Assembly (NCBI GenBank): GCA_964407865.1
Contig: CAYOXC010000001.1
Span: 267,978 to 331,977 of the forward strand
Direction: 5' to 3'
From: an uncultured Gammaproteobacteria bacterium
GTDB lineage: Bacteria; Patescibacteriota; Patescibacteriia; Magasanikbacterales; GWA2-37-8
DNA length: 64,000 nucleotides
A model generated the notes under the pieces. The model saw only the letters and a list, made by a program, of their open reading frames with translations. It did no database searches and was not told the origin of the DNA. Below, piece after piece: positions 28,837 to 39,465 of this stretch (positions are counted from its first letter, which is position 1; each line of letters begins with the position of its first letter). The position numbers and the translations under genes are program-made.

Positions 28837-31212
28837 TTAATTTTTATGTCTGTTATTTTTTGGAAATTCAATATAAAATGTCGTACCCTTGTCTTCAGCA
28901 GAATCAAACCAAATCCGGCCGCCATGTCCTTCAACTATAGCCTTGGCGATATAGAGCCCTAATCCCGTACCCGCTTTACCAGACTCAGCCACATTTTCTC
29001 CGCGAAAGAATTTTTCAAAAACTCGGCCATGTTGACGTATTGGAATACCAATACCGAAATCACGTACAAATACTACCACACGACCATCCTTAGATTCAAA
29101 ACCAACAACTACTTTTCCGCCGGGTGACGAATATATTACTGCATTATGTATTAAATTTTGGAAAACTTGATACATTTGTTCATCATCAATCATAACCAGA
29201 AATTTTTTCGGAATATTCATTGTTTCAATTTTAACATTTGCCTGTTCTGCGGCCACACCCTGATCAGCGATGACACGATTAAGCAAACCAGACAAATCAA
29301 CGGAATGTTTATCTATCACAAACTTATGCTTTGCTTCAATACGGGAAATACTTAGCAAGTCATTAACCAAGCGTATCATCTTCTGGTTGCTGTCATAAAT
29401 CTTATGCACATACTTCATCTCTTTAGCTCGTAAACTATTTCCTGCCGAAAGTAAAAGTTCAGTATACCATTTGACTGCGGTTAATGGAGTTCGAAGCTGG
29501 TGCGAAGCAACAGTGACAAATTCGCTTTTCATCCGGTCGACTTCTTTGGCTTTTGAAACATCTCTTTCAATCCCAACAAAAAATACTACATTGCCATCTT
29601 TGTCCAAAATGGGCGAAACGTGCACTTCAGCATCATACAGTTCACCATTTTTTCTTTTATTTTTAAGTTCACCCATATAAATATTCTTATCAATCTTGAT
29701 CGTTTTCCACATTTTTTTGAAAAACTCCTTGTTCATCTGTCCGCCCCAGAGCTTTCCTGGATTTTTACCTATTATTTCTTTGGTGCTATAACCAGTAGTC
29801 GCTTCAACCGCTTTATTGGCAAAAATAATATTAGCATCAATATCAGTAATCACAATATGATCAGACGCTCCCTCAACGGCTAGTTTAAACTTAGCTAAAT
29901 CTTTAGCCAATACTTCAAGCATCTTTTTACCGTTTTTAACATCTTCAAAACTTTTCTTCAAATTGCTTTGTGTCTTTTCCAGCTCAATATTCCTTCTTTT
30001 TAATTCATCTTCCGCTCGTTTCCGCTCAGTAATATCAACGGAAATGCTGACAAACTCCACCCCGCCGGCCACCTGAATTGCAAAAACCGTTGTCAACATT
30101 ATATGAACATTTAAGTTTTTGTCATAGGCAATTATTTCAAAAGGTGCAAGCGGCTTATTTGTTTCTTTTATTTCATTTACTTGTTTTAGAAAAGTTGAAA
30201 AACCTTCTTTATCTAAAAATATCTTATCAGCAGTCTTGCCGCACGCTTGACGACTCCTCCATCCATAAATCAATTCAGCCGCGGTGTTCCAGCTTAAAAT
30301 CCTTCCGGCATCATCGTATGAAATGATAACAACATTTGGCGTATTATTAACTGTATTGAACAATTTAGCTTCTCTTAAACGAAGCTCTTCTTCCATTTTT
30401 TTGCGTTCAGTAACATCTCTGGCAATGCCGAGTATTAAATATTCGCTTTTAATTCTTACCGGGTGGGTGGATATTTCAACCACTATCTCACGGCCGTCTT
30501 TGCGTGTTAAGGCAAACTCATCAGGACCGGTTGATTTACCGGCCAAATTTTTTCGGAGCAAATTAAGCGCCCTTGGAATGTCTGCTTTTTTTAAAAGACC
30601 GACACTGGCCCAATCTTTGCCAAGAAGATCAAATTTATTATGACCGATCAATTCTTCTGCTGCTCTGTTACCTTCAACAAATTTGCCTTTTAAATCAGTT
30701 AAATAATAAGCGTCAGGTGCTAAATCAAAAATTAATTTAAATCTTTCTTCTGATTCTCTAGCAGCTTCTTCAACAGCAACCTGTACGGTTAAATCCGCAA
30801 CAATGACAATAACATACTTACGGCCCTTAATTGTTATAATCTTGCCGATTACATCAACCGGATACAGCGAGCCGTTCTTTCTTCTGTTGTAGGTACGCCT
30901 ATGAAAACCTCCTTTTTTCAACTCGGCTTCTATTAATTTTGGAAAGCTTTTTGCAACATCAGACGGCACCAAATCAGCTGCCGTCATTTTGCGGAGTTCT
31001 GTTTTAGAATACCCTGACATTTTAGAAGCCTCTTTATTGCAATCCACTATTCTTCCGTCAAGAGTTTCCAAAAAGACCGATGCCGGAACCATTTCAAACA
31101 TCACTTTAAATTTGGATTCAGCTTCGCTAATCTCCTCTCGAAACTCTTTCATTTCACGGCGATTTCGATTCAAATCACTATCAATTTTTTTATGAAATTT
31201 AGATAACCACAT
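28837..31212 (-). CDS. Multi-PAS sensor histidine kinase
   Basis: 791 aa; several PAS/PAC repeats; HisKA (ASHQLRTPL) and HATPase_c (GTGLGLYIAK) motifs. Stop lies 20 nt upstream of the receiver gene. Confidence 0.85.
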   Translation of the reverse strand: MWLSKFHKKIDSDLNRNRREMKEFREEISEAESKFKVMFEMVPASVFLETLDGRIVDCNKEASKMSGYSKTELRKMTAADLVPSDVAKSFPKLIEAELKKGGFHRRTYNRRKNGSLYPVDVIGKIITIKGRKYVIVIVADLTVQVAVEEAARESEERFKLIFDLAPDAYYLTDLKGKFVEGNRAAEELIGHNKFDLLGKDWASVGLLKKADIPRALNLLRKNLAGKSTGPDEFALTRKDGREIVVEISTHPVRIKSEYLILGIARDVTERKKMEEELRLREAKLFNTVNNTPNVVIISYDDAGRILSWNTAAELIYGWRSRQACGKTADKIFLDKEGFSTFLKQVNEIKETNKPLAPFEIIAYDKNLNVHIMLTTVFAIQVAGGVEFVSISVDITERKRAEDELKRRNIELEKTQSNLKKSFEDVKNGKKMLEVLAKDLAKFKLAVEGASDHIVITDIDANIIFANKAVEATTGYSTKEIIGKNPGKLWGGQMNKEFFKKMWKTIKIDKNIYMGELKNKRKNGELYDAEVHVSPILDKDGNVVFFVGIERDVSKAKEVDRMKSEFVTVASHQLRTPLTAVKWYTELLLSAGNSLRAKEMKYVHKIYDSNQKMIRLVNDLLSISRIEAKHKFVIDKHSVDLSGLLNRVIADQGVAAEQANVKIETMNIPKKFLVMIDDEQMYQVFQNLIHNAVIYSSPGGKVVVGFESKDGRVVVFVRDFGIGIPIRQHGRVFEKFFRGENVAESGKAGTGLGLYIAKAIVEGHGGRIWFDSAEDKGTTFYIEFPKNNRHKN

Positions 31213-31270
31213 AAGCCCTCCTTTGAGGCAGGGTTTGTTAAAACTAATTTAATATATTATACCATAAAAA

Positions 31271-32983
31271 TTACCAACTTCCTCCACCGCCACCGCCAAA
31301 ACCGCCACCTGAACCGCCACCGGAAAAACCACTGCCGCCTGATGAAGCAGAAGACGGATTGGCAGCCAGAGCTGAGGAAGCTGAACTGTCAAAACTAGAC
31401 ATCACACCAACCAGCGTTGCCGCATTAAACATGCCTCTATGTGCCGGATCTTCATACCAATCAGGCTGGGTATTATAGATACCCTCAAATTGTTTAGCCC
31501 ACTCTTTTTCAACCTTCATCACCATGGCATAAGGCAAAAACTTTTCAAACTGTTCCGGATTCTTTTTTGGCGCATTATGGAACTCGATCCGCGCCTTTTC
31601 CGCAACAGATAAATACATTTTTAATCCAAAAATCTTTTCTTTAGCTTCTGCTCCTTTTTTTGTCAGAGCTACCATAAGAAAACCGAATATAATAATAATT
31701 ATTGCAGATAAAATTATTGCAACGACGCCAAAAACGCCAAAAAATGCACCGACAAAAAAAGCCAGGAAAAACACCACTGCCGCGCTGATAAAATATTTTG
31801 CCTTAACAGTCGAAGGATTTTTAACAAAATACTCTTGACTGGTTAAGTCGCTGTATAACTTACTCATCACCGCATTCATGACGCTATAAAATTTATATTT
31901 CAAATCTGATAATTTAACCTCGTCGCCTTTTTCAAAAATTCCATTCATGATATCTTTATCAAATTGTTTTTTTAGATCGTCAGCTGATTTTAATTTTATA
32001 AAAACAAAATCCGTGCTTTTGAATACCGTTCCAGCTTCAATCCTGCGTATTTTTAAATATCCCTGAATAGCCAGTTCAATAATTTCAGCCGAAACATCGT
32101 GTCGGTCCGCCCTGCCGTCGAGAAGCGTACCCACTTCAGCCGGCGTCAGATTATCCGGCGCCTCATATTCCGGAATTATTGTTCCCCTGCCCTTTGCGTC
32201 TTTGCCGTGTTTTTTCCAACGTCTAAAAAGCCAAATAAAAACAAAAATTGGAACCAGTATTATGATGTTATCACGAACAATTTCCCAGATAACTGAGGCA
32301 AGGGGCGGTTTAGCAATTGTTCCTGACGGCACTCCGACCACCACAGTCAAACCCTCGGACGGGCCAAGATCATAAGCGCTAAACTCTAAAACAGAAACTG
32401 GTTGCTCCGACGATATCGGACCAATATCGCAAACTGACTGGCTGCCAAATCCACCAAAATAACATGTTCGTTGTATTTCATTTTCATCGAATTCACCCGG
32501 CAGATAAACTGTAGTTTTTGCCTCGCCTATCGGCACCTGCCATTCATTGCCGGTTGCATTCCAGTACAACTCTTCATGGTCGCTAAAATAATTGATTCCT
32601 CGTTTTACCGTGTAGGATATTTTATACCAATGCCTTCCGGAAATTGTTTTATCCGCATCGCCTATTTTCAAACGCAAATAATTGCCCGGATAAGAAGATT
32701 CGAAATTGTATTGATTATCAAATTCATCAGTCACAGAAATATCTGAAACTCGTAATTTGTAATTTCCTCCACGCGCCTTATAGGCCACGGTAATGTCTCG
32801 ATATATTCCATGGCGCTCGGCATCACCAAAATCATACAAAATATTTTCTTCTACCTGTACACTGCCGTCGCGATTCAGTTGAATATTGGTATAATATTTA
32901 TCTATACTCTCCGCTGCCAGAGCTTTTATCGGCAATAAAAAAAGAGCAAAAGCCGCTAAAATAAAAATAAAATTTTTACCCAT
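31271..32983 (-). CDS. DUF2207-family membrane protein with Gly-rich C-terminus
   Basis: 570 aa; signal peptide; extracellular DUF2207-like N-domain; TM helices; C-terminal GGGSGGGFGGGGGGSW tail. Confidence 0.6.
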   Translation of the reverse strand: MGKNFIFILAAFALFLLPIKALAAESIDKYYTNIQLNRDGSVQVEENILYDFGDAERHGIYRDITVAYKARGGNYKLRVSDISVTDEFDNQYNFESSYPGNYLRLKIGDADKTISGRHWYKISYTVKRGINYFSDHEELYWNATGNEWQVPIGEAKTTVYLPGEFDENEIQRTCYFGGFGSQSVCDIGPISSEQPVSVLEFSAYDLGPSEGLTVVVGVPSGTIAKPPLASVIWEIVRDNIIILVPIFVFIWLFRRWKKHGKDAKGRGTIIPEYEAPDNLTPAEVGTLLDGRADRHDVSAEIIELAIQGYLKIRRIEAGTVFKSTDFVFIKLKSADDLKKQFDKDIMNGIFEKGDEVKLSDLKYKFYSVMNAVMSKLYSDLTSQEYFVKNPSTVKAKYFISAAVVFFLAFFVGAFFGVFGVVAIILSAIIIIIFGFLMVALTKKGAEAKEKIFGLKMYLSVAEKARIEFHNAPKKNPEQFEKFLPYAMVMKVEKEWAKQFEGIYNTQPDWYEDPAHRGMFNAATLVGVMSSFDSSASSALAANPSSASSGGSGFSGGGSGGGFGGGGGGSW

Positions 32984-32987
32984 AATC

Positions 32988-33197
32988 TTATTTAAATAAT
33001 TTTGATATTTTTTCGAACACGCTGCTCACAACCTCGCCCGCAGGCGGGCCGACATAAAGCATCACGGCCAAAAAAATCAAGGCGGAAAAAACTGCCACAA
33101 ATAAAAAAATCGTGAAAAAATTTTTCCAAAAACCGCGCTTAAATGATGGTTCTTTGAATTCCTGGCTCTTGTGCGGCTCTAAATGAGATATTGGCAT
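32988..33197 (-). CDS. Small single-TM protein
   Basis: 69 aa with one hydrophobic helix; 4 nt from the upstream gene. Confidence 0.35.
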   Translation of the reverse strand: MPISHLEPHKSQEFKEPSFKRGFWKNFFTIFLFVAVFSALIFLAVMLYVGPPAGEVVSSVFEKISKLFK

Positions 33198-33291
33198 TTT
33201 ATTGGTATTATTTGAATATATTTTATCATTAATTGAGGATAAATTCCACTAGAAATAAAAAAGCCCCGGAGCGGGGCGCGTGGTAGGAGGT

Positions 33292-33540
33292 CTAGTGGCA
33301 GTTAGGGCAGTCGACTTCTCCGTTCGCAACCATTTGATCGCGAAGTCCGCAACTCGGACAAAGATCATCGTCAATAAAACGCTGATCAATCTCTTCTGCC
33401 TTAACAAAAAAACGAAGATTGATATCGCCGAGGTGTACCTTGGCCCAATACGAAGCCGCCTGGACTTCCGAATAAGCCTTGACAGTACTTTGAAAACTGC
33501 TATTGCGAAGCATCAATCTGACGCGGTAGGATTTCATTCT
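33292..33540 (-). CDS. Small hypothetical protein with C-terminal CxxC...CxxC zinc ribbon
   Basis: About 83 aa from a TTG start 9 nt after AAGGAG; ends ...DLCPSCGLRDQMVANGEVDCPNCH; followed by hairpin terminator GCCCCG-ctc-CGGGGC plus T-run. The track ORF extends to 33639. Confidence 0.4.
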   Translation of the reverse strand, partial: RMKSYRVRLMLRNSSFQSTVKAYSEVQAASYWAKVHLGDINLRFFVKAEEIDQRFIDDDLCPSCGLRDQMVANGEVDCPNCH

Positions 33541-33680
33541 TCTATTTGGTTTTTTCAAATAAAATACTCCTTTTAATGGGCAAATGCCATTTGAAAATGT
33601 ACTAGAACGCACTATAGCACAAAATGACGAAAAAATCAATATAAAATCCCTTAGCTTTGAACTAAGGGATTTTTTGTTTC

Positions 33681-34274
33681 TTATTCTTTAATCAGTATTT
33701 CAACCTGCTTGTCTGGCGCCATATACATAACCAGCCGTTTAATTTCTTCCTTGGCTTTATCGTTTGCCGCATTCAACATTTGGGTGGAGCTAACAGCGCC
33801 TTCTGCCTGGATGATAAGTTCGGCCATCGCCAGGTTATAACCATCATCGTTTTCTAAAAGACGCTTTAATATCCCCTGTTTATTTTCTACATTGACATCA
33901 CCGACCAGGCGAGAGTTAAAAATTTCAGCCGCCGGTATATGAACAATAATTTTGTTCGAACTTATCTGAACGTCATCGGCTCTGGTTTTTTCCAAATCCA
34001 CTCCCAAATTTACTTCTACCACACCTGAGGCGCTTACTTCCTGACCCCAAAGTAATTTCTTCCAAATACTGGATTCGTCTGTTTTTATCGTAGCCGATAC
34101 ATTAGAGACACTTGTTTCAGTCACCAAAAATCCGCGTTCACGCAAAGCGCTCAAAATTGTCTGACTAGTCACCTCTTTATCAGTAGCTTTCGGTTTGGCT
34201 ATAAGCCAACCCATAAGAATTCCGACTCCTATAAGAACAGCGACTAGAATTGCCGCTCCAATAAACTTTTTCAT
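33681..34274 (-). CDS. DUF4230-like membrane-anchored protein
   Basis: 197 aa; N-terminal TM anchor; soluble domain resembling DUF4230. Confidence 0.5.
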   Translation of the reverse strand: MKKFIGAAILVAVLIGVGILMGWLIAKPKATDKEVTSQTILSALRERGFLVTETSVSNVSATIKTDESSIWKKLLWGQEVSASGVVEVNLGVDLEKTRADDVQISSNKIIVHIPAAEIFNSRLVGDVNVENKQGILKRLLENDDGYNLAMAELIIQAEGAVSSTQMLNAANDKAKEEIKRLVMYMAPDKQVEILIKE

Positions 34275-34286
34275 GTAATGTAAAAA

Positions 34287-34967
34287 TTAATTGCAATTTT
34301 CCTTGATGCACTCGTCTCTGGCTTCACCGGCCGGCAACTGACTGCACAATCCGCAAATATCATAATCTGCCGCTCCACCTGGGCTACCCGGACCACCCGA
34401 TGTGGCGCCCATGTTTTGGAAGCCTTTCATCATTGCGTCCAAATCCTGAAACTGCACATTTGACGGCGGGGCAAACATGCCTGGATCAATATTCCACTTT
34501 CTACATTTCAACTGATACTGCATGTTCAGATCAATATTTTGCTGGTCACTCTCTTCCATCTGTTCGCTGTAATACTCTTCATCCTCATCGGTAATAGTCA
34601 TTTTTATGCCATTTGGTTGATCGTCGCCCCAAATGTACTGGGTATCACCATCTTTTATAAAATAAGACATTCTCTCACCCATCTGTGGAATATTCATTTT
34701 TACCTCTCCTCGGAATTTATTCTCGCCAGCAAAATAAAACATGCCCTGCTGTTTTACCCCTTCGTAATCCATTGAATATTCGCAAGCATACGGCTTGCCC
34801 TTTTTAGCCATTTCCTCAATAGTAGCTGAAAATTCCTCCATATTACTCTCGCTGCCCTGAAATTGAACCTGATTTTGCTCTCCTGTTTGGTCCTTTTTAA
34901 AGCACCCTGCTCCCAAAAACACTAGCGCGACCATTAATATAGCCGCAAAATATGCAACTTTTCGCAT
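34287..34967 (-). CDS. Lipoprotein, hypothetical
   Basis: 226 aa; lipobox LGAGC; acidic Cys-containing mature part. Confidence 0.55.
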   Translation of the reverse strand: MRKVAYFAAILMVALVFLGAGCFKKDQTGEQNQVQFQGSESNMEEFSATIEEMAKKGKPYACEYSMDYEGVKQQGMFYFAGENKFRGEVKMNIPQMGERMSYFIKDGDTQYIWGDDQPNGIKMTITDEDEEYYSEQMEESDQQNIDLNMQYQLKCRKWNIDPGMFAPPSNVQFQDLDAMMKGFQNMGATSGGPGSPGGAADYDICGLCSQLPAGEARDECIKENCN

Positions 34968-35004
34968 ATAATTTAAATAATAAATAATTAACTGATAAAT
35001 TAAT

Positions 35005-35922
35005 TTAACTCTTTTTAAATCGAAAAATCAAGGCCACTAAAAATACAGTAAATATTGCCACCCCACCAAACAAGGCGTACACCATTTCCGGGCTATGCGC
35101 CCAAGGCAAGGTTTTCAAATTCATGCCATAAAACCCAGAAAGTAAAGTCAAGGGCATAAGCGAAGCAGAGATAACAGTCAGGATGGTAATAATCCTATTG
35201 GTGTGCTGGGATATCAGCGATTCATTTGTCCAGTGTAAGCCATCAATAGTGTATTTCTGGTTTTCTACTTCCACCCAGGTCTTTTCAATAAAATCATGGA
35301 CATTGTCAAAATATATACTCATATCCTCCGTACCATAATCACGCTTCAAATTAACCAAAGTATCAATAGTAAATCTCTGCGGTTCAAGAATGCGGCGTAA
35401 GGTCAAAACCGAACGCTGAATCAGAGCCAAATCACGCGCCACGCTCTTGAGCTCGTGTTCATAAACATCTTCTTCCACTTCGTTTATTTGGCCATTAACA
35501 ACATCAACAGCCAAATGAGACTCGCGGAAAAGTTTCTCCAGTATTTTATAAAGTAAAAAGCTCGGTCCTTTTTCCAGCCACATTTTTTTCAATTTAGCGC
35601 TCTTTTTAACCCGGTCAAAAATATGATCCAAAAACGGGTGGTGGTTTTTTGCTATTGTAATCAAAACTTTATCGGTAATAAAAACATCCACCTCTCGGCC
35701 AATGACTTTAAAATTTTCCTTGTCAAAAAAAGGAAAAACAGCAATTAAGAACAGATAATATTTATAAATATCCACTTTCGGACGTTGGCGTTCCGAAGCT
35801 ACATCTTCAATGTCCAAAGAGTGAAATTTAAAATTTTTAGACAAATAACGCAGTGTCTTATCATCGACACCGTCAAAATATATCCAATGACATTTTTTAC
35901 CCTTGAGTTCATGCATGACCAT
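35005..35922 (-). CDS. corA: CorA-family magnesium/cobalt transporter
   Basis: 305 aa; two C-terminal TM helices; YGMN motif (GFYGMNLKTLPW). Confidence 0.8.
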   Translation of the reverse strand: MVMHELKGKKCHWIYFDGVDDKTLRYLSKNFKFHSLDIEDVASERQRPKVDIYKYYLFLIAVFPFFDKENFKVIGREVDVFITDKVLITIAKNHHPFLDHIFDRVKKSAKLKKMWLEKGPSFLLYKILEKLFRESHLAVDVVNGQINEVEEDVYEHELKSVARDLALIQRSVLTLRRILEPQRFTIDTLVNLKRDYGTEDMSIYFDNVHDFIEKTWVEVENQKYTIDGLHWTNESLISQHTNRIITILTVISASLMPLTLLSGFYGMNLKTLPWAHSPEMVYALFGGVAIFTVFLVALIFRFKKS

Positions 35923-36017
35923 AAAAAAATATTTTGCAACTTAAAAGTATAAGGAAATTATACCATATTATTTGCACGACTAACAGTTTTCATTGATCGC
36001 CATGAAACAGTTCAGTG

Positions 36018-37349
36018 TTATTCCAAACCCCTCGCCGCCCTGCATGTTTTTGTGTACAAATCTCTAAATATATTATCAGGATCTGTTTGTTTTTTGATTT
36101 TGAAATAATTTTCTTTATTCCAAGTCTTCCAGAAATCGTCTTCACTATAGTAATTCTCCGTTATCAAGGTTTTTACCCCTCCAATCTCCATCAGTTTTTC
36201 TTCAAACATTTTGTAGTAATTCACCCCTTCTTTTCGTTTTAAGCCATAAATAGCTATATCCAAAAAAAGTTCGTCTTCCACTTTCAAATCATCGGAAAGC
36301 CATTCATACACTCTGACAATTTTATACGGCACGACCCAGAGGGCATAATGACCAACTGTCCTATCGTACCACTCTAGAAAATCATCTGTTTTTGAAAAAG
36401 GTATAAAAGTGTCTATGGTAACTGGAATTTTCTTTTCAGGAATATGTTTATGAAACAAGCTTGCAAACTTCAACGACATTGTCGAACTCACCAGCTTGCC
36501 AAACAGCAGTCTGCCAATAAATGATTTAAATTTAGTTTTGGTGAAATAAGTATCGTATCTGAAAAAATAATGAGGTGTTTCAATATAATCTTCGTCCTTT
36601 GTTTGCACGGCTGTGGAATAAACCTTTGTCCAGTCATATTTATTTGAATACGGCGCCTGGTCAACAAAATTACCGATGCAAAGAGCGTAATTCGTAGGAG
36701 AATATATTATCCCGTCCATGAAATCAGCATTTTTGTTTTTAAAATAACCAAGTATCGCTTTTTTGTATTCAGCTAAAGTTTTGTACTTCTCGTATCTCAT
36801 TTTTACAAACTTCTTCGCTGGTATTAATTTGAATTTTAACTTTGAAATTATACCGAGCGTGCCAAAAGTTCCATGCATCATTTGAAACAGCAATTTGTTT
36901 TCATTGTCAGGCGTACAAACTAGGACATCTCCTTTTGCTGTAATTACTTCATATTCCAGACAAGTATCATGAAAACCGCCGTATTTAAACGACTGGGATT
37001 CTACCGAGCAACCTGCTACTGCGCCGCCAATGCTGATAGTTTTAAACTCAGGCACTATGATTGGCACGAGACCGTGCTTAAAAGTTGCGTTAACCAGATC
37101 AACGAAAGTTACACCAGGTTCTGCGGTGCAAGTTTTGTTTTCCACATCGATTTCTAAAATTTCATTCAAGTCGCTGATATCAACTTTTTCATCCGTGTGT
37201 GTCTTGTCCCCTTTTTTCGGAACCTGATGGGATACTGATTTCTTTTTTATGGATAACGGCTCTTTTGATTTGCGTGTTGCTAAAAATCGGCTTATCCTGT
37301 TAACTTTATTTTCGTGGGTCATTTGTTTACGATAAAAATAATAAACCAA
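36018..37349 (-). CDS. FAD-linked oxidase (PCMH-type FAD-binding domain; DHCR24/alkyl-DHAP-synthase-like)
   Basis: 443 aa; FAD_binding_4-like region (ISIGGAVAGCSVESQSFKYGG...GTFGTLGII). Confidence 0.65.
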   Translation of the reverse strand: MVYYFYRKQMTHENKVNRISRFLATRKSKEPLSIKKKSVSHQVPKKGDKTHTDEKVDISDLNEILEIDVENKTCTAEPGVTFVDLVNATFKHGLVPIIVPEFKTISIGGAVAGCSVESQSFKYGGFHDTCLEYEVITAKGDVLVCTPDNENKLLFQMMHGTFGTLGIISKLKFKLIPAKKFVKMRYEKYKTLAEYKKAILGYFKNKNADFMDGIIYSPTNYALCIGNFVDQAPYSNKYDWTKVYSTAVQTKDEDYIETPHYFFRYDTYFTKTKFKSFIGRLLFGKLVSSTMSLKFASLFHKHIPEKKIPVTIDTFIPFSKTDDFLEWYDRTVGHYALWVVPYKIVRVYEWLSDDLKVEDELFLDIAIYGLKRKEGVNYYKMFEEKLMEIGGVKTLITENYYSEDDFWKTWNKENYFKIKKQTDPDNIFRDLYTKTCRAARGLE

Positions 37350-37379
37350 ACATTGCGCCTGGACTAAGCGGCATAAATT

Positions 37380-37973
37380 TTACTTTCCGTTTTTCATTCT
37401 CTCCGATAACCTCTTGCCTATCTTCACGATTTCCTCATCAGTCGCGCCAAAATGGTTTGATTTAATCATAAAAAAATGATTTTCATCAATCAACAAGTCA
37501 ACTCTGTAAGCGGTTTTACTTCCTTTTGATTTAACCAGATAATGTTCCCATGAAAAACTATCATCTTTGACAAACTGGTATCCTTTGGGTTCATACTTGG
37601 CGATTTCTTCGGTAGCATGATTTTCTTCAACAAGAGAAACTAAAATATGCGGACCTCCCGGCGATGTTTTGCCATACGGAGATTTATTATAATCCTCACT
37701 ATACTCTGTATAATAATGGCATAAATTGGAACTGAGCAAAGTTTCGTTGTCGGCATGCACAATCGGCTTGCCAATAGCCTCTTCCACGATTTCCTTTGGA
37801 AAATAATTGCAAACATCTTCCATCGCCGACAAACTTTTGCTTTTTGTCGCTGTTTCTTTACCCGGTTCCGGCCCCGGCCCGCCTTCTCCATGTGTCGGGT
37901 CATTACAACCTGCACCTAAAAAAATAAACACCGCGACAAATGCCACTGCGCTAAAAAATATTTTTTTGATCAT
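37380..37973 (-). CDS. Lipoprotein, hypothetical
   Basis: 197 aa; lipobox LGAGC. Confidence 0.5.
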   Translation of the reverse strand: MIKKIFFSAVAFVAVFIFLGAGCNDPTHGEGGPGPEPGKETATKSKSLSAMEDVCNYFPKEIVEEAIGKPIVHADNETLLSSNLCHYYTEYSEDYNKSPYGKTSPGGPHILVSLVEENHATEEIAKYEPKGYQFVKDDSFSWEHYLVKSKGSKTAYRVDLLIDENHFFMIKSNHFGATDEEIVKIGKRLSERMKNGK

Positions 37974-37995
37974 ATTTACCCAGTTAAATAAATAA

Positions 37996-38328
37996 TTATT
38001 TAAGAAGACATCCGCACGGTTTCTGGCGCAAAATTTCGCGCTGCTCGCGCGGACTATGCAGATATTCTATCTGAATACCTTTGCCTTTGGCAAATTTCTT
38101 ATCCAAAGGCGATTTGTGGTTATAGCCCCGTCTTTTCATTTCCTTTATCAATAACTCATGACGCAAAAACAACGCCTTTAATTTACCCCGCCAGCGCAAA
38201 GTTTCCGGATGTTTGCTATATCCTTTTTTGTTTTCCGTCAGCACCGACCAAATGGCGTGCACTTCCCTGTGCTCGCCCAGCAAATGCTCGCGGCATAAAT
38301 TTTTCGGGGGAATATCCCAGACACGCAT
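37996..38328 (-). CDS. Pyrimidine-dimer DNA glycosylase (T4 endonuclease V / DenV family)
   Basis: 110 aa; N-terminus MRVWDIPPKNLCREHLLGEHREVHAIW parallels the endo V catalytic N-terminus (LxxQHLxAEYREL). Confidence 0.65.
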   Translation of the reverse strand: MRVWDIPPKNLCREHLLGEHREVHAIWSVLTENKKGYSKHPETLRWRGKLKALFLRHELLIKEMKRRGYNHKSPLDKKFAKGKGIQIEYLHSPREQREILRQKPCGCLLK

Positions 38329-38329
38329 A

Positions 38330-38578
38330 TTAACTATTATTTTTTATCAACTTTAACTTTTCCTCTCTAGTCAAATTTTTAATTTGGCTTTCCGCTTTTG
38401 TTGCCAAAGATCGACTCTTATACTTTTTAGAATAAACCAACTTCACCGGCCGTCGCGCTCTGGTATATTTCGCTCCCAACTTGGATAAGTTATGTTCTTT
38501 CACCCTGCGCATAACATCTACCGTGATTCCGGTATATAGGGTGTTATCAGCGCATTTCAATATATAAACAAAGTACAT
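38330..38578 (-). CDS. GIY-YIG nuclease domain protein
   Basis: 82 aa; FVYILKC...LYTGIT...R..EHN GIY-YIG signature. Confidence 0.8.
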   Translation of the reverse strand: MYFVYILKCADNTLYTGITVDVMRRVKEHNLSKLGAKYTRARRPVKLVYSKKYKSRSLATKAESQIKNLTREEKLKLIKNNS

Positions 38579-38677
38579 AACATAATAAGTAATTTTACCG
38601 ATAAATTATACCGCTTTTGAACCTATAAATCAAAAACCCTCGACCTAAGGCCGAGGGTTTTATTTTTTTCAAACTAT

Positions 38678-39229
38678 TTACTGCACATTGATAATCTTTG
38701 CTCGAAGCACATCTTCTTCATCCATTGAACCGAAAATAATTAAATTCTGTCCTGGCTGAAGCGAGTCTATGCCGGTTTCGGTTGACGAAACGACAATTAC
38801 TGTTTCTGCCTCTGACATTACTATCTGTTCTGCTGCCGCATTGGTCATGACAGTAATCTGATTGCCTTGAATTTTTACGATAGAAGCATAAATACGCGTC
38901 GGCATCTTTCCAATCATATCGCTTTTTGTCACTATCGGCATTTCTCCGTCTTTTATTATCATACCAACTCCGCCGGTCCGCATTGCATAAAATCGGTCTT
39001 TTTGCTCCATTTCAACAGCTCTAGGCGCGTAATATTGAATCCGCTTGCTTGCTTTGGTGGCTTTCCAATCGATACTCAAAACCCACTGCATGGAAAGCGC
39101 CAACACAAAAGCGATGATCACCAGCGCCAAAAACATTTTTACAAACATGTGGCCAACTGTGATTTTGCCACATGGGCAGTACAAGCCACAACAGTGGCCT
39201 TCCTGCTTGCATACCTCCTTTTTTGCCAT
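38678..39229 (-). CDS. Hypothetical membrane protein with Cys-rich N-terminus
   Basis: Start taken at MAKKEVCKQEGHCCGLYCPCGK (39229); one TM helix. Confidence 0.4.
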   Translation of the reverse strand: MAKKEVCKQEGHCCGLYCPCGKITVGHMFVKMFLALVIIAFVLALSMQWVLSIDWKATKASKRIQYYAPRAVEMEQKDRFYAMRTGGVGMIIKDGEMPIVTKSDMIGKMPTRIYASIVKIQGNQITVMTNAAAEQIVMSEAETVIVVSSTETGIDSLQPGQNLIIFGSMDEEDVLRAKIINVQ

Positions 39230-39465
39230 ATGAAAAAAATTAGAAGATAAATTAATATTATTTCTTTTTATATTATACAGTTTTTTAAAAAAGCAAGCAA
39301 CTAAAAAAGTCACCATCACGCATTGCTGTCCGTTTTCTTTTTCTCGTTATCCTGTACGTCGTACTTGAAACCGGCTATTGATACTATTATCAGAAGAATA
39401 ATAATTGTTATTACGCCAATAATAAACATGTTTATATTACTTACCTGCCTTCAAAAATCGATTAC

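Noticed and set aside
29158-31195. Numerous small plus-strand ORFs inside the histidine kinase gene
   Set aside because: Antisense to a 791-aa CDS with clear PAS/HisKA/HATPase domain order.
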